Shown piece after piece: positions 58,188-64,000 of a DNA stretch of 64,000 nt; position 1 is the first letter of the stretch; each line of letters starts with the position of its first letter. Source of the DNA: Chloroflexi bacterium UBA6622 (GTDB lineage Bacteria; Chloroflexota; UBA11872); contig DJHK01000028.1 of NCBI GenBank assembly GCA_002433065.1, positions 25,764 through 89,763 of the forward strand, written 5' to 3'. The notes beneath the pieces were generated by a model that was given only the letters and a program-made list of their open reading frames with translations, made no database searches and was not told the origin of the DNA. The translations under genes were made by a program, and so were the position numbers.

Positions 58188-59024
58188 CTATCCGAAGCGT
58201 TGCGCACTACCGAGTTGGCGAAGTAGGGCCACGACGCTTTGGGCTGCCAACGCACTGGTTTTTGGGTTTGTCGAGCTGGGCTCGTTCTCAAGCCGAATGG
58301 CCATGGTTCCAAATGAGCCTCGAACTACAATTTCATGCACATTTACGGGCGCATTCGGGTCGGCGATGACTCGAACGTGGACTTGATCGGGATTTCCTGC
58401 TGCCAGTGACAACAGTGCAGCTACGTTGACGTTCTGCGGAAAACCACGGACGGCTGCTGCTGGTCCGCCAGCAAACACCTCCTGCCGCGACGATATCGAA
58501 TCTAGGTCAATATTCGAATTCTCGATGTGTGGAGCGTTAGTAAGTGCTGATGGATGTTTTGTGGTGGTGAGCGTTATTGATTCGATGTCTCCTACGCTTG
58601 CTGCACGTACAACGTCAAGAGCTCCTATTGCTCCTGAGGGAAACCATATTTTTGATCCGGTTTGGTCAGCCAGTTCAAGCAGTGCAGGTAGGAATTCGAT
58701 ATCTAGCGTTGCACCTGCGCTCAATATCACTAAGTCGACACCTTCCCGGACTACTTGCGGTGCGATCTCCCGCAAAACTGATTGAGACGTTGCTTCGAGG
58801 ACAAGGTCGAGTTGGTGCCATGGGAAATCTTGGACATGCTCATATACGGGAATGTCGGCTTCCAGCAGTTCATCACGTGTAGGGCAAGTCGTGGGCTCGG
58901 CTGCCGCGACTAAGTCGATCCCGGTTACATGGCCGCTTCTGACGGCATTAACAACATCTGTTCCTATTGAACCCAAGCCGACAACCGCCAGGCGAACGTT
59001 GGCCCGACTCTGCATGGTTGGCAT
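58188..59024 (-). CDS. nadX: L-aspartate dehydrogenase
   Basis: 278 aa. Rossmann start RLAVVGLGSIGTDV, PSGAIGALD, FPQNVNVAALLSLA, ADPNAPVNVHEI and NPKTSALAA match the aspartate dehydrogenase (DUF108) family. Confidence 0.85.
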   Translation of the reverse strand: MPTMQSRANVRLAVVGLGSIGTDVVNAVRSGHVTGIDLVAAAEPTTCPTRDELLEADIPVYEHVQDFPWHQLDLVLEATSQSVLREIAPQVVREGVDLVILSAGATLDIEFLPALLELADQTGSKIWFPSGAIGALDVVRAASVGDIESITLTTTKHPSALTNAPHIENSNIDLDSISSRQEVFAGGPAAAVRGFPQNVNVAALLSLAAGNPDQVHVRVIADPNAPVNVHEIVVRGSFGTMAIRLENEPSSTNPKTSALAAQSVVALLRQLGSAQRFG

Positions 59025-59046
59025 TAGACGGAATTGTAGAGTGGAA

Positions 59047-60447
59047 TCACTTGGCTAAGGGGACGTGGATGGGCGAGTTAATCGCCATCCATGCACTTTC
59101 AGCCGTGGCCTCTGCGAACGTCGGGTGCGCATGGATTGTTTCTCTCAGGTCGTCGAGCGTTGCTTCAAGACGTATCGCTAGAACGCCCTCACTGATGATG
59201 TCGCTTGCTGCCGGACCAATCACATGCATGCCAAGAATCTCACCATGTGAAGTGTCAGAGACTATCTTTACGAAACCGTCGGTGTCACCGTAAGCACGGG
59301 CACGACCAAGGGCCTGAAAGGGAAACACCCCAACCTGTACGCTTTCGGATCTCTTTCGGGCTTCTTGCTCGGTGAGGCCAACGCTTGCAATTTCGGGATG
59401 TGTAAATGTGCATGCAGGGACGGCTTTGTCATCGTAGATCGAGTGGTGGCCATTTGCATGTTCGGCTGCGACAACCCCTTGGTGCGATGCGACATGAGCC
59501 AGCAATTTGTCACCAGTTACATCACCGATCGCGTAAATCGTAGGAATGGTTGTTTGCATATGAGCATTAACGGAAATTCCAGCAGGTGAAAACTGGACAC
59601 CACAAGACTCCAACTCCAAATTTTCAACGTTTGGTTTTCTGCCAGTTGCAAGCAATAGATGTGAGGCGTTAACTGTCGTAGATGTGCCGTCTAACTGCAT
59701 GGCTATCTCTAACCCTTCCCCCCCTTTTTGGATAGTTTCGATTCTGGTTTCGGTGTGGACTGTGACACCTTGCTGAACAAGAATCTTGCGCATCGCCGTA
59801 CTAATATCGGCATCTTCATTTGGTACGACCCGTGGCAACATTTCAACTAGAGTGACTTCAGAACCAAGAAGTGCAAAAAGCGAGGCCCATTCGACACCGA
59901 CAGCTCCAGCCCCTGCAACCACGATGTGGGATGGAATCTCTTGCAGTGCTAATGCCCCATCACTATCGATTACACCTGGAAGGTCTTTTCCCGGGATGGG
60001 TGGTGCTGAGGCGCTGGACCCCGTAGCCAGGATTATTTTTGAGGCCGTGATGAGCTCGGTTCGATCCGGAAGCGCAACCTCTACGGCTCCAGGTCCTGCC
60101 ATACGCCCCCAACCTTCGACCACAGTAACGTCGGCGGCCTTGAGTAGCCCTTGAACTCCTCGGATCAGCTGCCCAACTATGCGGTCTTTCCGTTTGGCGA
60201 TTGCTGCATAGTCGGCTTCTACTTTTCCGACATTGATGCCAAAGGAGCTGGCACTTCCACACAGTTGAAAGATCTCCGCACTTCGCAATAAGGCCTTGGT
60301 GGGAATACAGCCTCGGGCGAGGCACACGCCACCTACGGTCGAGGATTCAACGAGGACAACGGTAGAGCCAAGGGCAGAAGCACGTAACGCGGCAACATAT
60401 CCGCCTGGCCCGCCGCCGAGAATGCAAATGTCTGCGCTTAATGGCAT
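59047..60447 (-). CDS. lpdA: dihydrolipoyl dehydrogenase
   Basis: 466 aa. FAD motif ILGGGPGGYVAALRA, redox disulfide GGVCLARGCIPTK, NAD motif VVAGAGAVGVEWA, and C-terminal HAHPTFAE. Confidence 0.92.
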   Translation of the reverse strand: MPLSADICILGGGPGGYVAALRASALGSTVVLVESSTVGGVCLARGCIPTKALLRSAEIFQLCGSASSFGINVGKVEADYAAIAKRKDRIVGQLIRGVQGLLKAADVTVVEGWGRMAGPGAVEVALPDRTELITASKIILATGSSASAPPIPGKDLPGVIDSDGALALQEIPSHIVVAGAGAVGVEWASLFALLGSEVTLVEMLPRVVPNEDADISTAMRKILVQQGVTVHTETRIETIQKGGEGLEIAMQLDGTSTTVNASHLLLATGRKPNVENLELESCGVQFSPAGISVNAHMQTTIPTIYAIGDVTGDKLLAHVASHQGVVAAEHANGHHSIYDDKAVPACTFTHPEIASVGLTEQEARKRSESVQVGVFPFQALGRARAYGDTDGFVKIVSDTSHGEILGMHVIGPAASDIISEGVLAIRLEATLDDLRETIHAHPTFAEATAESAWMAINSPIHVPLAK

Positions 60448-60521
60448 GTTGGAAGCTCAAGAGTGCTGTAGTAGGCCTGCGTATTGTAAAGCGGTGACAC
60501 AGGTATTAGCTCGGACACACT

Positions 60522-61265
60522 TTAGGAGGTGTAGTTCGGCGGGATCTGTTGGGCACATAACATGCGATGCGCTTTTGCTACATGCTCGGTGCCACGGTTG
60601 AGCGAAATAACGCCATGACCGGGAAACAGTGCATCAAACGTCGTGTTTTCAAGGTGCTGCATTGATTTCATTAGTTGCTGGATTGAGCAGTCTGGTGTGG
60701 CTAACAAAAGGATTTTCCCACCATGGAAAACAATATCGCCTCCAAACAGACCGATGCGATCGTCGCCGTGCAAGAGGAATGACACGTGGGTTGCCGCGTG
60801 GCCTGGAGTTGCAATTGTTTGCAGGTGTACATCGCCAATTTGCACTTGGTCACCATCTGAAATTGCGTGGGCCGTAGCGCATGCCGCTAGGCGATAGTCA
60901 TCGGGGTATGTTCCGCCAGCACGAGCTTCGGGAAGTGAAATGGCTGCTTCGTTTGCGTCAAGTAACCATGTTGCCGCAGGTCCAGGGGCCAAGATATCGG
61001 CACCCGTCGCTGTCTGAAGTACGCTTGCACCACCAGCGTGATCGGCATGTCCATGCGTCACGACAATGTGAGCAATGTTTGCCGGATCGAAGCCTTCATC
61101 CCGAATATTGTCAAGGATCAGCTCAGGTTGGATTCCTATGCCAGCATCGATGAGGGCTAGAGATGAGGCTCCGTCAATTAAGTAGACATGGGAGTCATAC
61201 GGGTTGGAGATATCGGCGCCTGACTTTCCACTGCCCACGAGATACACGCGTTCGGTAAGTCGCAT
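60522..61265 (-). CDS. MBL-fold metallo-hydrolase
   Basis: 247 aa. The HxHxDH motif is VVTHGHADHAGG, and a later PGH is present. 1-nt TAATG overlap with the upstream M20 gene. Confidence 0.85.
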   Translation of the reverse strand: MRLTERVYLVGSGKSGADISNPYDSHVYLIDGASSLALIDAGIGIQPELILDNIRDEGFDPANIAHIVVTHGHADHAGGASVLQTATGADILAPGPAATWLLDANEAAISLPEARAGGTYPDDYRLAACATAHAISDGDQVQIGDVHLQTIATPGHAATHVSFLLHGDDRIGLFGGDIVFHGGKILLLATPDCSIQQLMKSMQHLENTTFDALFPGHGVISLNRGTEHVAKAHRMLCAQQIPPNYTS

Positions 61266-62434
61266 TAGGTCAACATGTCAGGGTATGACCTGCAAATCGT
61301 TTCATATATTCCGACGGCTGCTTCGAGTTCATCGATTTCTATCCACTCATTATTTGTGTGGGCACGGGCTATATTCCCTGGTCCAAGAACTACGGCTGGA
61401 ATATTGCTTATCCCGGTGAGCATTGCTGCATCGGTGGCATATGCGACACCTTCCGGTGTGGCCGGTCGTCCTGTGGCTTCTATGGCCTGCTTCGAAGCTT
61501 GAACAATTGGGGATTCTTCGGGTGTTTCGATAGCCGGGATTTCAACGAATGGCGGGTCGTATTCAATTTGAAGGTCGGATTCGGTTTGTTGCAGGTTTTC
61601 AAGGGCAGTGTTTACCTGGGCGACGATTTGGTTGGCGGAATCGCCAGGGACGAGACGACGATCGATCTCAATCTCGCACAGGTCCGGAACAACGTTGACT
61701 GATGTGCCTCCATGGACGGTGCCCACATTCCAGGTCCCAGATCCAAGGATTGGGTGTACGCGTTCGTGTAATCGAGGCTCAATAGCCGTTGCTATCACTG
61801 GTAGGATCCGGCCCATGTCGACGATGGCGTTGTGTCCGAGTTCTGGTGTTGCGCTGTGTGCCGAGACGCCGCGTGTACGAACCCGCCAACGTACAGCACC
61901 TTTTTGCGCAGTAACGATTCGAAGTTGGGTAGGTTCCCCAACAATCGCTGCATCAACGTCTATTGACCGTGATGCAAGTGCTCGTGACCCCGTCATGCTG
62001 ATTTCTTCGTCCATGCACCCGGCAAGACATAGGTCTACTGGGAAGTTGGGGTCCGAGGCTGCGGTTTGCAGCACATGAATCATGGCTGCCAGTGACCCTT
62101 TTGGATCTGCTGAGCCTCGTCCATACAAACGGTTGTGCTCAATACGTGGGTTCAAGGCATCGGGCATGGGATCTAGCGCGACTGTGTCGAGGTGGCATTC
62201 AAGAAGTAAAGTTGGACGATTTCCTCGTCGGATCCATGCCATGACGTTTGGTCGTCCAGGGGAAACCTCGTCGAATTCGACGTCCGCACCCATGGCACGC
62301 GCCAGTTCGCCAACGTGCGCGGCAATAGCGGCTTCTCCAGGTCCGTCCAGGTGGCCGTTAACGCTGTTGATTGCTACGAGTTCTTGGAGTGTGTGAAGGA
62401 GTGGCTGGTTAATCGGTGCATCCATATAAGACAT
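61265..62434 (-). CDS. M20-family metallopeptidase/deacylase (ArgE/DapE-like)
   Basis: 389 aa. ECHLDTV metal ligands, GRGSADPKGS, MDEE, and a dimerisation-domain insert. Confidence 0.85.
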   Translation of the reverse strand: MSYMDAPINQPLLHTLQELVAINSVNGHLDGPGEAAIAAHVGELARAMGADVEFDEVSPGRPNVMAWIRRGNRPTLLLECHLDTVALDPMPDALNPRIEHNRLYGRGSADPKGSLAAMIHVLQTAASDPNFPVDLCLAGCMDEEISMTGSRALASRSIDVDAAIVGEPTQLRIVTAQKGAVRWRVRTRGVSAHSATPELGHNAIVDMGRILPVIATAIEPRLHERVHPILGSGTWNVGTVHGGTSVNVVPDLCEIEIDRRLVPGDSANQIVAQVNTALENLQQTESDLQIEYDPPFVEIPAIETPEESPIVQASKQAIEATGRPATPEGVAYATDAAMLTGISNIPAVVLGPGNIARAHTNNEWIEIDELEAAVGIYETICRSYPDMLT

Positions 62435-62568
62435 ACCTGAGTATAGGTTTGTTGATTCTTAAAGGACTATTCTGATTGACGTATGTTTATTGTTGACCAA
62501 GAACGTCTAGCTAACGGTTTGTGAATGTGATGCCATACAAAAAGCGAACGCAATGTTAAACTCTCACT

Positions 62569-62778
62569 ATGAGTCGATATTTTCGATCTGGTAATCACCA
62601 GCGTGTCGCATCTGGTATCTCCACAGAGGCCAAGTCTGGACATGGGTCAACCGTTGTTTTGCGGGCGACGAAAACTCGTGATCGGAATTCCCGCCAATGC
62701 TTCGAATGTGGATCGCCGCTTCAAATATTGGGTCGATGTGTAACTTGTTCTGGATGTGGATGGAGTGCTTGCGGGTAA
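62569..62778 (+). CDS. possible small zinc-ribbon protein (weak call)
   Basis: 69-aa track ORF in an otherwise empty AT-rich gap. It ends with a CxxC-N11-CxxC knuckle pair (CFECGSPLQILGRCVTCSGCGWSACG). No obvious Shine-Dalgarno. A 92-aa ORF lies antisense to it. Confidence 0.25.
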   Translation: MSRYFRSGNHQRVASGISTEAKSGHGSTVVLRATKTRDRNSRQCFECGSPLQILGRCVTCSGCGWSACG

Positions 62779-62893
62779 ATTTCTTTCTACAGGCACGATC
62801 GATGATGCTATGGACCATTGCAGCAGGGGTCTGATTCAGCTCCAATTTAAGGTCCCCGACGTCGTTAATGAGTTACGAGATTTATCTGTGCTC

Positions 62894-64000
62894 TTAGGAG
62901 TAGCCGCCCAATGTGAAGGTGTAGGTTTGGGCGAAGGGATGAGCGTTACTGAGCTGTCCGTTTGAAAGTGTGTAATCGATTAGTGGGATCTCGAGATCGT
63001 TAACGAAAGCACGGGAGATTCGTAACCACAGTCTGAAATGGCCACCTGCTTCCGAGTCTCGGGCACGCAACGGTGGATGCGCTTGACCGTTTACAATTTC
63101 GGCGATGGTTCGTCTTTTCGGGTCATAGACAAAATCTATTCGTTGCGTTTTTGCGCTTACTAGAGCGGCGCTTTGCCAAAACCCGTGTGATGGAGCTGAT
63201 CCATGGAGAGGTTCTTCGTTGAAGCTCAGGCCAGCGTTTCGTCCTTCCTCAGTGGGATTGTTAACAATTATCGAGCCTGTAATTGTGTCTTCTTGAACTC
63301 CGATGGTGATTGCTATCAACTTTTCGTTGCTCTGATCGCTGCTTACTTTCGTAGGCGGTTGATGAACTGGTGAATGATGGATTCCCATTGCTGCCGCCAC
63401 GAGTAATGGTCGGAAGTCACCACCAATAGCCTGGATTCGAAGTGGTGTGTCTGCTGCAGCAGAGGTGGTCACCCAGGTTATCCCTCTTTCGATGGCCAAC
63501 TCGTGAAGCCCGGCCCGGATAACACCTGGTTCCGATGAGACGATTCCAAAGACTATGGCAGTGTTCGTCGGACCTACGTCTGGACCGGCGGCGAACTTAC
63601 CGTCAAGGACACCTAATTGAATAGGCCTAGTTGCAGACAATTCGAGTGATCCCAGAGAACGGAGCAAGTCACTGCTACGTAGTCGGCTGGTTTTCTGATC
63701 TCGGTAGATTGTCCAGTACGGTGTGCTGTACACCGCATCCTTGGAGAAAATTCCGTATGTTCTCGAGTCGTCATCGGTATTTAGAACGATGAAGTCATAC
63801 TCGGTATCAAGAAGATCTTCGAATGGAAACGCTAGGGAGCGTGCGTTGCCGATGATGCTTCGGCCAACAAGTTGTCCGATCCAGACGCTGCGGGCGCGTG
63901 CGGTCCACGATGTGGTCTGGTGCTTGGGAAAGTGAAAGCCTAGTTCGTGATGGCTGATCCTACGCCGGGGTTCCGGGACCGGGTATGTCAGGCCATGAGC
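62894..64000 (-). CDS. hypothetical protein, 5'-truncated by the window edge
   Basis: The track lists 62894..63733 from a GTG. The same frame has no stop from 63734 to 64000 (…HGLTYPVPEPRRRISHHELGFHFPKH…DAVYSTPYW…), so the gene most likely starts beyond the window. No family recognised. Confidence 0.6.
   Translation of the reverse strand, partial: AHGLTYPVPEPRRRISHHELGFHFPKHQTTSWTARARSVWIGQLVGRSIIGNARSLAFPFEDLLDTEYDFIVLNTDDDSRTYGIFSKDAVYSTPYWTIYRDQKTSRLRSSDLLRSLGSLELSATRPIQLGVLDGKFAAGPDVGPTNTAIVFGIVSSEPGVIRAGLHELAIERGITWVTTSAAADTPLRIQAIGGDFRPLLVAAAMGIHHSPVHQPPTKVSSDQSNEKLIAITIGVQEDTITGSIIVNNPTEEGRNAGLSFNEEPLHGSAPSHGFWQSAALVSAKTQRIDFVYDPKRRTIAEIVNGQAHPPLRARDSEAGGHFRLWLRISRAFVNDLEIPLIDYTLSNGQLSNAHPFAQTYTFTLGGYS

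Noticed and set aside
1-64000. Window-wide check for CRISPR arrays, rRNA, tRNA, transposases, integrases, phage genes, toxin-antitoxin pairs or classic defence genes
   Set aside because: None was recognised by eye. There are no regularly spaced direct repeats, no recombinase motifs, and apart from 62435..62568 no obvious compositional island.

Overview
The window is a dense, mostly housekeeping stretch of a bacterial chromosome with mid-range GC. About 65 protein genes sit on both strands, many joined by ATGA, GTGA or TAATG overlaps. I found no rRNA, tRNA, CRISPR array, transposase or integrase. Recognisable core genes are thrC, the rpmH-rnpA-yidD-yidC-jag cluster, mutM, polA, mnmE, ileS, an AlaX editing protein, citrate synthase, a cysteine desulfurase with IscA, an RpoD-family sigma factor, nadA, nadX, a PfkA-family phosphofructokinase, glpX and lpdA. 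Many genes encode sugar and amide catabolic enzymes: two amidases, two PfkB kinases, two xylose-isomerase-like TIM barrels and one Gfo/Idh/MocA oxidoreductase. The gene content (mnmE present, type-2 IleRS, many such paralogs) suggests a Chloroflexota-like marine lineage, but this is inference only. The most unusual observations are listed here. (1) YidC carries a complete PstS-like binding-protein domain inside an extracytoplasmic loop. (2) A co-directional module has an M50-CBS site-2 protease flanked by two NYN (LabA-like) proteins, a coiled-coil protein, and a 57-aa Arg-rich single-pass miniprotein that looks like a ready-made S2P substrate. (3) A 1059-aa protein fuses a clan-A glycosidase-like domain to an O-antigen-ligase/polymerase domain, and a soluble paralog lies next to it. 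(4) A DUF4395 gene is interrupted by one in-frame TAG. (5) A 64-aa protein has nine cysteines and a desulforedoxin-like CxxC...CC signature, and it follows an orphan XdhC pair. Family calls rest on motifs read by eye; no database search was run.
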